A DNA stretch of 55,806 bases from an uncultured Clostridiaceae bacterium (GTDB lineage: Bacteria; Bacillota; Clostridia; TANB77; CAG-508): positions 1 to 55,806 of the forward strand of contig CATLDI010000003.1 in assembly GCA_949902805.1 (NCBI GenBank), given 5' to 3'. The notes beneath the pieces were generated by a model that did no database searches, was not told the origin of the DNA, and saw nothing but the letters and a program-made list of their open reading frames with translations. Shown here in pieces: positions 29,315 through 40,288 of this stretch (positions are counted from its first letter, which is position 1; every line of letters starts with the position of its first letter). The translations under genes were made by a program, and so were the position numbers.

Positions 29315-30829
29315 CTATTTTGTATAATAGTTCGCATTTATATCTTCTGCTAAATGATAACTACCTATAAAATCTATTACTAGGTTATTTTCTAGTGTAT
29401 ACTTTGGCTCTAATATTACCTTACCTGTTTGGTCTAAAGCTCCCCATTTTCCATCTTTCTTAACTGATACATATCCATATTTATTTTGCTCTGTTGCATC
29501 ATCATAAATATAGTCTACTATTACTATTCCTTTGTTGTTTATATATCCATATTTTCCATCTTTTTTACTTAGGAATAATGTGTTTGCGCTTAATATTTCT
29601 GTACTTTCTTTTTCTTCTAGTTTAAAGTTGTAGTACTTATAGTTTTCAGATGCTCTTAGTCTTATATAATTTTTTTCTGTATTTATTTCTGATACAATAC
29701 CTTGTGCTTTTACATTAAATGTTCTATCTATTAGCTCTGATTGTGAGTCTTCTTTCTGTGCTGTTATAAAGTCTGCTTCTTCTATGTATTTAATGTTTGA
29801 ATAATTAAATGGTAATTTTTCTTCATTATTTATGGTTATTATTCCATATTTATTGTCTTTTTTAGCTATATATGTATCTGTAAATATGAATTGTAGGTCA
29901 TCATATGTATAGTCTACTTTTACTTCTTTAGTTGCCATTAGAACTATTCCATATTTTCCGTTTTTCTTAGCTACAACATTGTTTAAATTTATTTCTTTTA
30001 TATCTTCAAATTCATTTTCTAAATAGCTATTTTCTTTGTCTACTATTTTCCATTTGTCTGCTTCTTTTACTACATAGCTGTTATTTCCATATATATTTTT
30101 TATTTCGTCATATTTATTTTCCAATGCTACTTTTGTGTCATAATTAATTACACCATATTTTCCATTTTCTGCTTTTACTATAAATCCATCTTCACATTTA
30201 TTTGTTAAAGATGTTATTTGTGTATATTCATTGTTTATAATGATATTTCCTAGGTTATTTACTATTCCTTGTTTTCCTTCTTTTACTGTAATTAGTACAT
30301 TTTTTGTTCCTTCAATTGGTCTTATTTCTTCATAGCTACATGCTAAAAGTTCTTTTCCTTCTAAATTTATTAAGCCATATTTTCCATCTTTTTGTACTTT
30401 TAATATATTATTTTCATACCATAAGTTATTAGATTTATCATTATTATATATTGCTTCTACCTTGTCATAGTTTGTGTATAATTCTTCATTTTTATTGTCT
30501 AATACTTTTGTTTCAAAGGTGTTTGTTTCATAATTTGAATTTATTGTGCATATGAAAATAGGCTTTGTGTTATTTGGTATAACTATCATATTTTCATAAG
30601 TAGGCTCAACTATGATGTTTTGATTTGTATCTATAACTCCCCATTTTCCATTTTCATAAATTGTGTAATATCCTATTGGGAATATTTTTTCTTTTGTATT
30701 CTTTTTATCACTTAATAATTCCTTTATTCCTACTACAAACATTATAATAACTAATATTGCTATTATTACTGCTATTACTTTTTTTATATTTAGCTTCGGT
30801 TCTGCATCATATCTTTTTCCACGACTCAT
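29315..30829 (-). CDS. WG-repeat-containing membrane-anchored protein
   Basis: N-terminal TM then repeated (N/D)GK(W/Y)GxI units. Confidence 0.88.
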   Translation of the reverse strand: MSRGKRYDAEPKLNIKKVIAVIIAILVIIMFVVGIKELLSDKKNTKEKIFPIGYYTIYENGKWGVIDTNQNIIVEPTYENMIVIPNNTKPIFICTINSNYETNTFETKVLDNKNEELYTNYDKVEAIYNNDKSNNLWYENNILKVQKDGKYGLINLEGKELLACSYEEIRPIEGTKNVLITVKEGKQGIVNNLGNIIINNEYTQITSLTNKCEDGFIVKAENGKYGVINYDTKVALENKYDEIKNIYGNNSYVVKEADKWKIVDKENSYLENEFEDIKEINLNNVVAKKNGKYGIVLMATKEVKVDYTYDDLQFIFTDTYIAKKDNKYGIITINNEEKLPFNYSNIKYIEEADFITAQKEDSQSELIDRTFNVKAQGIVSEINTEKNYIRLRASENYKYYNFKLEEKESTEILSANTLFLSKKDGKYGYINNKGIVIVDYIYDDATEQNKYGYVSVKKDGKWGALDQTGKVILEPKYTLENNLVIDFIGSYHLAEDINANYYTK

Positions 30830-30967
30830 AAGTTTCTCTCCTTGTATTTTTATTTGTGGTTATACTATATCATATTTTTGTATAAAATTACAAGTTTTTT
30901 TCAGTTTGTTTATTTGTTACAGTTCAGTAAGAATATAAATTATTAATATTGAATATATATTTTCAGG

Positions 30968-31076
30968 GTAATTTCGTAGAAAGAGCAGGTCGCCGAAGGC
31001 GGCGACCCCTATATTTTAAAATCGATTTTTCCTATTTAATAACAAAGCGCACGCTAAGGACCGTCCCTAGCGTGCG
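30968..31076. repeat. Two REP-like palindromes (GTAG-type 30968-31013; GTCCC-type 31048-31076)
   Basis: GGTCGCCGAAGGCGGCGACCCCTATA matches the 13574 copy; CGCACGCTA-AGGACCGTCCC-TAGCGTGCG contains the spoIIE stop. Confidence 0.7.
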
Positions 31077-33547
31077 TTTATTTTGGCTACTATTACTGTC
31101 ATGTCGTCTTTTGGTATTCCATAGTTATTGTCTATGGCTTCTTGTAGAATTATATCTGCTATTTTTTGTGGATCGTCTGTTTCTATTTCTTCTAGTAGGA
31201 ATTTTAGCCATAATTCTTTGTTTGTATATTCTTCTGATGATTCTATTATTCCGTCACTACACATTACTAGAATGTCTTCGTCTTCTAGGTCTTTATCGTA
31301 TACTACTAAGTCTATGTTGTTTACTATTCCTGTTGGTAATGATACAGATTTTAGTATTTGTACGTTTCTTTTGTTTTTTACGTATGTTGGACATGAGCCG
31401 TTTTTTATAAATTCTAAGTTTTTGGCATATAGGTCGAATATTGCTATATCTAGTGTTGCATACATGTCTTCTTCATTTATTGTTGATAAGGTTGAATTAA
31501 TTAACCTTAGTGATGTATCTTTATCAAAGCCTGATGATAATAGCCTCTCTAACATTGCTATTGCCATGTTGCTACTTTTTTGTGCTTTTTTTCCTGAACC
31601 CATTCCATCACTTATTGCTATTAGGTATTTTCCGTCTCCTAACCTAGTTTGTACTAAACTATCCCCTGATGCGTTTGAATTTGCTTTTGTGGCTTTTCCT
31701 ATTCCTACACTAATTATTTGTTTGTCTTTTGATATAAAGGTGTATAAGCATTTTTCTTTTCCTAACCTTAAACCACATTCTTGGTTTTGCAACACCATTT
31801 CTTGCCCTAGTACTTTTGTTATTATTTTGTTCATTTTCTTTATATTACATGCTGGTTTTTCCACATTTTCACATGTTTTTGTGTATAAGTTTAATGTTAT
31901 TTTTCCTGTTTTTTCTTTACTTATATTTATACTTGTTACTTCAATTTCTATTTCTTTTAATAAGCTTGTAATTTCTTTTTTTAGTATTTGATATTGTTCG
32001 TTTTCTGGTTCTTCAATTTTTTCTGCTAACGCTTCTATTGCCTTAGAGACTTCTGTTAGTTGTTCAGATACTGCTTTTTTGTTCTCATCTAATTTTTTCT
32101 TCCAAATAAAGTTTATTTTACTTACTTTATAAGAATAATTTATTGTTTTTACCATTTTAGAAATATCTTCTTTTATTTCATCATTTATTATGATGTAATT
32201 ATTATGCTTTGCAAATATTTCTATTAGGTCTTTTTCTATTAGAATTTCTTTTTCTAATAGTTCTGAGAATATATCTTCTATTAAATTATCTTTTGGTGAG
32301 TATATATCATCAAATAGAATATTTTCTTCTAGTGGTTCTACATTATTTTGAAGTTCTTTTTCAAATATTTGAAAATTGTCTTTTTCTTGCTCTTTTAATT
32401 CTTCTTCATCTACAATTGTTGCTGCTGCTTCTTTATAACTTTTGGCTATTTCTGAAATAGTTTCTGACATGCTTGTTAGCCTGTATATTGTATCTTTATT
32501 TTCTTGTAAATTTCCCCTTGTTGCTTCTGGAAGAAGTTTTACGTCTTGGTATATATCTTCTATATTTATTTTTATATTTTTTGGCAGTGCTAAAAGTCCT
32601 AATGCTGCAATTAGTATTTCTTGAATACTAATTACTTCTGCTGTATTACCGTTTGCAACATATGTAAGTGCTATATTACCTGCTATAAACCCTACAATTA
32701 CTCCTATTTTTCCAAATTTGTTAAATATTCCTGCTATCATTCCTGAAAGTGCATATGCAGCTACCATGCTTATTTCTCCTGCACCTATAACTCCAAGAAC
32801 TGTACCTACTGTAATTCCTGCTGTTCCTCCTACTAATATGCCATTTTTCCAGCCCATTATTAATACAATTAATATGCATAATATATTTTTTACTGAATAA
32901 CCAAATATAGTAAAGTTTCCTATACATGAAACTGCTATTGCTACTAGCAAGCTTGTTCCCATTATTTCTTCTATTGAGTATGCTTTTCTATATCCTAGTT
33001 TATCTATTACTGGTATGGCATTTGCAAATATTTTATAAAATATGAATACACATATACTATACATTATAGATAATAGTATGTCGTATACTACAAATTCTTT
33101 AAATATTAAACTTGATAATTTAACAAGAAGGCATGATAAAAATACCCTCATACCTATTTTCCTTTGCTCATTATTTTCTTCATTATATTTTGGTGTTTTT
33201 ATTAAAATGCTAGCTAGAAGTATAAATGAAATTAATGCGTATTCTAAAGTGCTTGTACCACCAAAACTTAAAAAATTTGCTATTCCAATAATTATAAAAG
33301 GTATTCCAATTGGTATGCAATTACTTAATATTGCTGCTAATATTGCTATTTCAAATGGTGCTAGTGCTTTATCTACTTTAAATGAAACTAATGATACCAT
33401 AAATGATAATATATATAATATTACTTTTTGTTTTGTAAATGCTTTTTTTATTATTTCGCTTATTGTGTCTTTTTTATTTATCTCTATTTCTTCAAAATTA
33501 TTTTCTTCTTCGAAATTTCTTTCTATATTTTGAAACATCCTTACCAC
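31067..33547 (-). CDS. spoIIE: Stage II sporulation protein E (PP2C phosphatase)
   Basis: 826 aa; ~10 TM N-terminus, central domain, PP2C C-terminus (SGDS, ISDGMGSG, ATLD, CSDG, DDMTV). Confidence 0.9.
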   Translation of the reverse strand: MVRMFQNIERNFEEENNFEEIEINKKDTISEIIKKAFTKQKVILYILSFMVSLVSFKVDKALAPFEIAILAAILSNCIPIGIPFIIIGIANFLSFGGTSTLEYALISFILLASILIKTPKYNEENNEQRKIGMRVFLSCLLVKLSSLIFKEFVVYDILLSIMYSICVFIFYKIFANAIPVIDKLGYRKAYSIEEIMGTSLLVAIAVSCIGNFTIFGYSVKNILCILIVLIMGWKNGILVGGTAGITVGTVLGVIGAGEISMVAAYALSGMIAGIFNKFGKIGVIVGFIAGNIALTYVANGNTAEVISIQEILIAALGLLALPKNIKINIEDIYQDVKLLPEATRGNLQENKDTIYRLTSMSETISEIAKSYKEAAATIVDEEELKEQEKDNFQIFEKELQNNVEPLEENILFDDIYSPKDNLIEDIFSELLEKEILIEKDLIEIFAKHNNYIIINDEIKEDISKMVKTINYSYKVSKINFIWKKKLDENKKAVSEQLTEVSKAIEALAEKIEEPENEQYQILKKEITSLLKEIEIEVTSINISKEKTGKITLNLYTKTCENVEKPACNIKKMNKIITKVLGQEMVLQNQECGLRLGKEKCLYTFISKDKQIISVGIGKATKANSNASGDSLVQTRLGDGKYLIAISDGMGSGKKAQKSSNMAIAMLERLLSSGFDKDTSLRLINSTLSTINEEDMYATLDIAIFDLYAKNLEFIKNGSCPTYVKNKRNVQILKSVSLPTGIVNNIDLVVYDKDLEDEDILVMCSDGIIESSEEYTNKELWLKFLLEEIETDDPQKIADIILQEAIDNNYGIPKDDMTVIVAKINAR

Positions 33548-33769
33548 CTCATACTTTTTTAATTTGTCATTTGTTACTTTTCCTTTGTTATTTTAATATA
33601 GTCTTTCTTAATTTTTTGTCATTTTTAGGTATAAAATTAAAAAAGTTTTTTACAATTTGTGATACATTTTTTTATTTATCTATCTTTTATCTCTTTATAT
33701 TACATGAGTTGTTGTTTATTTTATCGCAAAATGGTATAAATTACAAGAGTTATAAAATAAAAAATCCAT

Positions 33770-34036
33770 TTATTTCAATGGATTTTTTATTTTTCCTTCT
33801 TTTGCTAGAATTACTTTTTTGAATTCTTTCTTTGCTTCTTTTAAATAGTGTTTTTCCTTTTCTTCTGGCCAGAGGTGAGTTAGCATTAACTCTTTTACTT
33901 TTGCTTCTTTTGCAATTGTCCCTGCTTGTTTTTTTCCTAAGTCCGTTAATTCCACTAAGTGATCTGGAATTCGTTTAATGTAGTTATCTCCTACGTTCGC
34001 TATTGATTCACCATGCCGAATAAGAAAAATGTGCAT
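33770..34036 (-). pseudogene. Chimeric remnant: histidine-phosphatase N-terminus fused to MBL/RNase Z-like C-terminus
   Basis: LIRHGES...LTDLGKKQA joined at QAG to IAKEAKVKELMLTHLWP...EAKKEF. Confidence 0.75.
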
Positions 34037-34218
34037 ATTTTACCCTCCTAAAAATTTTAATTTAAACTTTTATTTAATAATTGATACAATGGAATTGTAT
34101 TATATTATGTAAAATTTCGCAATAATTTTAAATCATTATATAAAAAATTTTATTTATTACTTGAATTCTATTTATATATTCATTATATAAGGCGAATGGA
34201 ATCCCATTCGCCTTTAAA

Positions 34219-35070
34219 TTATTCTTTTGTGTACAAAAACTCTTCTAAATCCTTATTAAAAATTTTCTTTGTTATATGTACTTCTCCTTCATTTATTATT
34301 TCTGTTAATGTATATCTTTGAATCTTTCCTTTTACTACATCTATTTCTGAGGATATTTCTTTTTCGACTTCTGCTGTTATAGAAACACAAATAGGTTCTT
34401 CTAATACAGTTGATATCCATCGCAATATTGGAAAAACATCATAATAATACCAATGTTCTTCATTAATTTTGAAAAGAAATTCTAAAACATCTTTATCAAA
34501 TTCCATACCAATTGTTGGATATTGAATTTTTATAGTTCTGTTAGTTACATATGATTTTAATGTAGCTTGTGTAATATTTTCTTCCTTATTATATATAAAA
34601 TCAACTGCTATTTCATCATTTTTACCATCTTCTTTTAGTTTCAATACACCTGATTTAATTATGTGTATGCTATCTTCCAAAATTTCAAAGGTAAAATCTC
34701 TGTCCAGTAATGGTTCTAACTTACTATTTCTTCTTCCTATTGTATAGGTGTTCAGCGTATTATAGTCATATAGAGTATCCTGTATCATGTAATAATTCTT
34801 TCCTTCACTATCTGTAAAGTCTATATCTAATCTTCTACCTGATCTACAAAAAAACTTGTTAATTTTGATTGGAAAAACGATTTCATTTAAAGGCAATAGC
34901 AACTCCTTAAATTGATTAATCTTAAGCTCTTTATATTTTCCTAAGTTATCGCACCATTTTAACATGTGCATTTTTAGTTCAGTACTATCTCCTTTAAAGG
35001 TAATATCTTCATAAAAATTTCTTGTACCTATTTTTGTCCGTAAATACAACATTAATTTTTTAGGTTTCAT
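34219..35070 (-). CDS. Hypothetical protein
   Basis: AAGGAGG RBS supports ATG 35070 (MKPKKLM...); no family recognised. Confidence 0.7.
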   Translation of the reverse strand: MKPKKLMLYLRTKIGTRNFYEDITFKGDSTELKMHMLKWCDNLGKYKELKINQFKELLLPLNEIVFPIKINKFFCRSGRRLDIDFTDSEGKNYYMIQDTLYDYNTLNTYTIGRRNSKLEPLLDRDFTFEILEDSIHIIKSGVLKLKEDGKNDEIAVDFIYNKEENITQATLKSYVTNRTIKIQYPTIGMEFDKDVLEFLFKINEEHWYYYDVFPILRWISTVLEEPICVSITAEVEKEISSEIDVVKGKIQRYTLTEIINEGEVHITKKIFNKDLEEFLYTKE

Positions 35071-35168
35071 ATTTTGTCCTCCTTCTTTTGCAATTGCAAA
35101 ATGAATGTTTAAACGTTTTCGTTCACATTTTAACATAATTATATATAAAAATCAAGCATTATGTTTAT

Positions 35169-36275
35169 TTATAATTTTATAACTTTCTCCCACTCTAATT
35201 CTTCTTTTCCTAAATGCCCATAGTTTGTTGTTTTTGCATAAATTGGCTTGTTTAAACATAAATATTTTATTATTCCATTTGGTGTTAAGTCAAATTTAGT
35301 TTTTATTTTTTTTACTATTTGCTCTTCTGGTATTGTATTTGTTCCAAATGTTTCTACTAATATAGAAGTTGGCTTGTCAATTCCTATTGCGTATGATATT
35401 TGTATTTCGCATTTTTTTGCATATCCATTTGCTACTATGTTTTTGGCTATGTGCCTTAACATGTATGCTGCTGACCTATCTACTTTACTTGCATCTTTTC
35501 CTGAAAATGCTCCTCCTCCGTGTCTTGCATAGCCACCGTAAGTATCTACTATTATTTTTCTGCCAGTTAGACCTGTATCTCCTAATGGACCTCCTATTAC
35601 GAATCTTCCTGTTGGATTTATATATATTTTTGTATTTTCATCTATCATATTTTTAGGTACTATTTTGTCTATTATTTTTTCTATTATTTCTTGTTTTAGA
35701 TTGTCGATATCCACATTTTCTTCATGCTGTGTGGATATTAGTATTGTGTCAATTCTTTTTACCTTTTGTTCTTCATATTCTACTGTTACTTGTACTTTTC
35801 CGTCTGGTCTTAACCCTTTTATTTTTCCTTCTTTTCGTGCGTTTGTTAATTCTTTTGATAGTTTATGCGCCATATCTATTGCATAAGGCATATAGTTTTC
35901 GGTTTCGTCACATGCATAACCGAACATTATTCCTTGGTCTCCTGCTCCTCCTATATCTACTCCCATTCCTATATCTGGGCTTTGCTTTGTTATATTTGTT
36001 ATTATTTTGCAGGTTTTATAGTCTATGTCTAAATTACTATTGTCATAACCTATTTCTTTAGTTATTTTTCTTACTAGAGCTTCTATATTAACTTCTCCTT
36101 TTGACGTTATTTGCCCTGCTACTACTATTAGGTTTTTTGATGCAAATGTTTCTACTGCTACTCTTGAATTCTCATCTTTTTCTAAATAGCTATCTAAAAT
36201 GCTATCTGAAATTAGGTCACATAGTTTATCTGGGTGACCTTCTGTTACGCTTTCTGATGTAAAAAATTTCTTCAT
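35169..36275 (-). CDS. metK: S-adenosylmethionine synthetase
   Basis: FTSESVTEGHPDK, GAGDQG, GGGAFSGKD, KVDRSAAY. Confidence 0.98.
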   Translation of the reverse strand: MKKFFTSESVTEGHPDKLCDLISDSILDSYLEKDENSRVAVETFASKNLIVVAGQITSKGEVNIEALVRKITKEIGYDNSNLDIDYKTCKIITNITKQSPDIGMGVDIGGAGDQGIMFGYACDETENYMPYAIDMAHKLSKELTNARKEGKIKGLRPDGKVQVTVEYEEQKVKRIDTILISTQHEENVDIDNLKQEIIEKIIDKIVPKNMIDENTKIYINPTGRFVIGGPLGDTGLTGRKIIVDTYGGYARHGGGAFSGKDASKVDRSAAYMLRHIAKNIVANGYAKKCEIQISYAIGIDKPTSILVETFGTNTIPEEQIVKKIKTKFDLTPNGIIKYLCLNKPIYAKTTNYGHLGKEELEWEKVIKL

Positions 36276-36647
36276 ATTTTATTCCTTCTTTCTTTTTTCA
36301 GAATTTTAAGGTTATATATTTGTAGTCATATTATGTATGTTTATTTTTGATTTGCTCTTAATTTTATACATTTCTTCTCTTATATTACCCCTCTATTCTT
36401 ATTATTTGTATGTTATTCAAGAATATTTAATATTCAAATTTTCTAAATGGCAAAACCATATAAGAGAATCTAATTATTTCATAATCATATTCTTAGGGAA
36501 CTAACCTTTTTCGTTTTACTAAATATAAGTTATCTGTAACTCACTAACATTCAAATAGCTAACTTAACTATGGTGGATAGCTCTCCTAATAATATAGAAA
36601 ACCTCTGGCTTACAACGCCAAAGGTTAATATTTTCGTTTTATGAAAA

Positions 36648-36742
36648 TTATCAGCCAAAGCGTTTGCTTTGTCGGTATTAGCACCTTATTTTATAGGTTG
36701 CTGTGGAGTCATTGAGCCGATTCTCTCGTCCACTCTTGATAA
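36648..36742 (-). ncRNA. SAM-I riboswitch aptamer
   Basis: TTATCAAGAG...GAGA...ATGA...GCAACC...AAGGTGCTAA...GATAA consensus upstream of metK. Confidence 0.9.
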
Positions 36743-36754
36743 CATATTATTGCC

Positions 36755-36783
36755 ATTATATTTTTTATTATTTATTTTGTCAA
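36755..36783 (-). promoter_or_regulatory. Consensus sigma-A promoter for SAM-I/metK
   Basis: TTGACA-17 nt-TATAAT ending 12 nt before the riboswitch. Confidence 0.85.
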
Positions 36784-36848
36784 TATGTTTTAATTTGTTT
36801 TTATAAAAATGCCTAGAAATTTATTTAAATTTCTAAGCATTTTTTAGT

Positions 36849-37259
36849 TTAACTTAATATATCAGACATTATATGTTTCATTATATAATTATTTTCACTA
36901 CCATATGCTGATAAGAATTTGTTTATCAGTGGTGTATTTGGAAGGTCTTGCTGTGCTGAAATAATTTTATGACCTGCAATATTTCTTTGTGAATAAAAAT
37001 CTATTAACGCTACTATTTCTTCTTTCCCATTTATCTCAATGTTTATTTTTTTTCTTACTGCTTCATGTATTATTTCGCTTATTTGATCTCTTTGAACATA
37101 ACGCATTCTTTCCCAAAATAATAATTGATTTTCCAACTCTATTTTTTCTTCATCACTTATTTGTTTTTCTAATTCTCTTTTAAGTCTTTTAATTTCCTTA
37201 ATTGTTATATTATGAGACCGTGAAATGTTTAAAAATTGAGTTTGTAATACTTTTTGCAT
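36849..37259 (-). CDS. Hypothetical protein
   Basis: AAGGAGG RBS, 136 aa, followed by hairpin 36805-36845. Confidence 0.65.
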   Translation of the reverse strand: MQKVLQTQFLNISRSHNITIKEIKRLKRELEKQISDEEKIELENQLLFWERMRYVQRDQISEIIHEAVRKKINIEINGKEEIVALIDFYSQRNIAGHKIISAQQDLPNTPLINKFLSAYGSENNYIMKHIMSDILS

Positions 37260-37385
37260 ATAGTCTTCCTCCTTATAAGTTATTTAATTTCTACAAGGTT
37301 ACTGCTTGAAGTATAACATATTACTATACATAATACAAGTTATTTTTATATTTTTATTACTTCTGTTTTATTATATTAAATTAAA

Positions 37386-37435
37386 GTGTCCAAAAGGGAC
37401 AGATTACCCATTAGGAAACGTCCCAAATGAGACAC
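37386..37435. repeat. REP-like palindrome, GGGAC/GTCCC family, abutting the mgtA stop
   Basis: GTGTCCAAAAGGGACAG...ACGTCCCAAATGAGACAC. Confidence 0.55.
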
Positions 37436-40038
37436 TAAATCCAATCATCATACCTTTTAATATACAACTTCTTAACCTCTAAAGCCAATAAGCAATACAC
37501 AATTGGCACTGCAAATATGAATAGTATATATTGGAGCGTAAGTGGTACTAAACCTAAAAACTTACCTACAAATGTGAATGGTACTAGTATTGCTACAACA
37601 CATATTACTGCTGTAAAAATATATACAATTTTTGAGGCGTTACTTTCTATAAATGGCTTTTTAGCTGTTCTTATTATATGAAGCCCTATTAGGTTTGATA
37701 TTATTCCATATGAAAACCATATTGTTTGGAATACTGCCGCTTCTCTTATTCCAAATACAAACCATAATGTAGCAAATATTATTAAGTCAAATATTGCACT
37801 TGTTGGTCCCATTACTATCATAAAATTCTTTATACTTTTTATGCTCCATTTCCTTGGCTTTCTTACATAGTCGTCATCTACATTATCCATTGGTAGTGAT
37901 AGTTGACCTATATCATATATTAAGCTTTGTACTAATAATTGTATTGGTGTTATTGGGAAGAATGGCAGAAGTACACTTGCTATTAGTATTGAGCTTACTT
38001 CTCCAAAGTTAAAGCTTGCTGCTAATTTTATATATTTCATTAGGTTTCCAAATGTTTTTCTTCCTTCTATTACTCCATCATTTAATACTTTTAGGTCTTT
38101 TTCTAGTAGTATTATATCTGCTGTTTCTTTTGCTATATCTACTGCTGTATCTACTGATATTCCTACTTCTGAATTTACTAATGGTGGGCTATCGTTTATT
38201 CCATCTCCCATATAGCCTACTATATTTCCCATTTCTCCTAATACTCTTACTATTCTTGCTTTTTGTATTGGCGATAGTTTTGCAAATATGTTTGTGTCTT
38301 TTAATATTCTCTGCAAGGCTTTATCTGACAGTTTATCTATTTTACTTCCCAATACTATTCTTTTTGTGTTTATATTTACTTTTTCACATACTGCTTTTGT
38401 TACATATTCGTTATCTCCTGTTAGTACTATTACCCTTATTCCATTATTGTTTAACATATTTATTGCTTCTTTGGCGCTTTCTTTTGGTGGGTCTAAAAAG
38501 CCTATGAACCCCATTAGTATCATATCTTTTTCATGTTTTACTTCAAAATGTTTTATTTCTTTTACATCTGTCTTTTCACATATTCCTAGAACCCTAAGCC
38601 CTTGTTCATTTAAGTTCTTAGCTATGTTTTTAATATTTGTTTTTATTTCTTCTGTAAGGTTTGTTACTTCTCCTTTATATTCTACTTTTGTACATATATT
38701 TAATATTTCTTCAATAGCTCCTTTTGTTATTAGCTTTTCTTTTTCTCCATCTGTAACTACTATTGATAGTCTTCTTCTTGAAAAGTCGAATGGTATTTCA
38801 TCTATTTTTTTGTACTCTTTTGCAATCTCTTTTATTCCTTCTTTTTCCCCTCTTGCTATTATTGCCTCATCTATATTTCCCTTTAAACCTGTTTGAAAAT
38901 ATGAATTTAGATATACATGTTTTAATACATTCATATCTTCTTCACCTTTTATATCTAAATATTTTTCTAGTACTATTTTATCTTCTGTTAGTGTTCCTGT
39001 TTTATCTGTACATAGAATGTTCATTGCTCCAAAACTTTGAATTGAGTCTAACTTTTTTATTATTGTTTTTTTCTTTGACATTTTTACTGCACCTTTTGCA
39101 AGACTTGATGATAGTATTACTGGTAATAAAAGTGGGGTTATTCCTATTGCTATTGCTACTGCGAACGTAAATGCTACTAGTGTTCCATGGGTATTAACAT
39201 TTAGTATGAATATTATTGGTATCATTACTAACATAAATTTTATTAATAGTTTACTTACACTTTTTATTCCTTTCTGGAAGGCAGTTTGGGGTTTTCCATT
39301 TGTTACTGTATGTGCTATTTTTCCAAAGTAGGTGTTGTCTCCTGTTTTTATTACTACTGCTTTTGCATAGCCACTTGTTACATTTGTACCCATAAAGCAT
39401 ATATTGTTTAAATCTGTTATTGTTTCTATTTTACTATTTTCTAAGTTAACTACTTTTCTTGATGCTTCACTTTCTCCTGTTAGTGTTGATTGTGATACAT
39501 ATAAGTCTTTTGCTTCAATTATTTTTAAATCTGCTGGTATTATATCTCCTGCTGAAAGTATTATAATATCTCCTACTGTTATTTGATTTAAGGCAATCTT
39601 TTCTTCTTTTCCATTTCTTAAAACTAATGCTTTTGTTTCTATTAGACTTTTTAGTTTTTCTGCTGCTTTATTTGATTTAAATACTTCAAAAAATTCTAAT
39701 AGAGTGCTTACTGCTATTAGTATAAGTATTACTATTATGTTTGAATAGTTCTTTGTTTCTGGCAAAATTACATCTGTATATATTAGAACTACTGCTATTC
39801 CTAATAATATTAAGTTAAATGGGCTTAGTAGACTTTCAAAAAAATAATTATACCATTGTTTTGGTTTATTTTGCCTTATTTCATTTGAACCATATTTGTT
39901 TATATTTTCTTGTATTTGTTTTTCATTTAGACCATTTTTTATATCTATACTATTTTCTTTTATAAATTCATTTATATTTTTCAAACTTTCCTTTTCATAC
40001 ATTTTTATAATGTCATTTTTTTCTTCTTTTTCTTGCAT
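37435..40038 (-). CDS. mgtA: Magnesium-translocating P-type ATPase
   Basis: DKTGTLT, LTGES, NSYFQTGLK, DEIPFDFSRRR, FLDPPKESA, GDGINDSP. Confidence 0.9.
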   Translation of the reverse strand: MQEKEEKNDIIKMYEKESLKNINEFIKENSIDIKNGLNEKQIQENINKYGSNEIRQNKPKQWYNYFFESLLSPFNLILLGIAVVLIYTDVILPETKNYSNIIVILILIAVSTLLEFFEVFKSNKAAEKLKSLIETKALVLRNGKEEKIALNQITVGDIIILSAGDIIPADLKIIEAKDLYVSQSTLTGESEASRKVVNLENSKIETITDLNNICFMGTNVTSGYAKAVVIKTGDNTYFGKIAHTVTNGKPQTAFQKGIKSVSKLLIKFMLVMIPIIFILNVNTHGTLVAFTFAVAIAIGITPLLLPVILSSSLAKGAVKMSKKKTIIKKLDSIQSFGAMNILCTDKTGTLTEDKIVLEKYLDIKGEEDMNVLKHVYLNSYFQTGLKGNIDEAIIARGEKEGIKEIAKEYKKIDEIPFDFSRRRLSIVVTDGEKEKLITKGAIEEILNICTKVEYKGEVTNLTEEIKTNIKNIAKNLNEQGLRVLGICEKTDVKEIKHFEVKHEKDMILMGFIGFLDPPKESAKEAINMLNNNGIRVIVLTGDNEYVTKAVCEKVNINTKRIVLGSKIDKLSDKALQRILKDTNIFAKLSPIQKARIVRVLGEMGNIVGYMGDGINDSPPLVNSEVGISVDTAVDIAKETADIILLEKDLKVLNDGVIEGRKTFGNLMKYIKLAASFNFGEVSSILIASVLLPFFPITPIQLLVQSLIYDIGQLSLPMDNVDDDYVRKPRKWSIKSIKNFMIVMGPTSAIFDLIIFATLWFVFGIREAAVFQTIWFSYGIISNLIGLHIIRTAKKPFIESNASKIVYIFTAVICVVAILVPFTFVGKFLGLVPLTLQYILFIFAVPIVYCLLALEVKKLYIKRYDDWI

Positions 40039-40288
40039 TTATGCTCTCCTTATATAAAACTCTTTTTTAGAATTATTCCCATTTATTTGTGTTTTTATTA
40101 TATTTTATTTAGAAAGGGGAAGAAATTGGACGTCTACAAAACTCTACATTTTTTTCCTTAAAATTAAAAATTACTTGCAATTTTACATAAATGATGTTAT
40201 AATTTGAAATGTAAATTTTTCAATCCTATTTTTAGGTTAATATAGATATGCAACTGGCAAAAATATTTTTTATAGGAGGATAATAAGT

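Noticed and set aside
40039-40288. M-box riboswitch or leader peptide for mgtA
   Set aside because: No recognisable motif in this AT-rich spacer.
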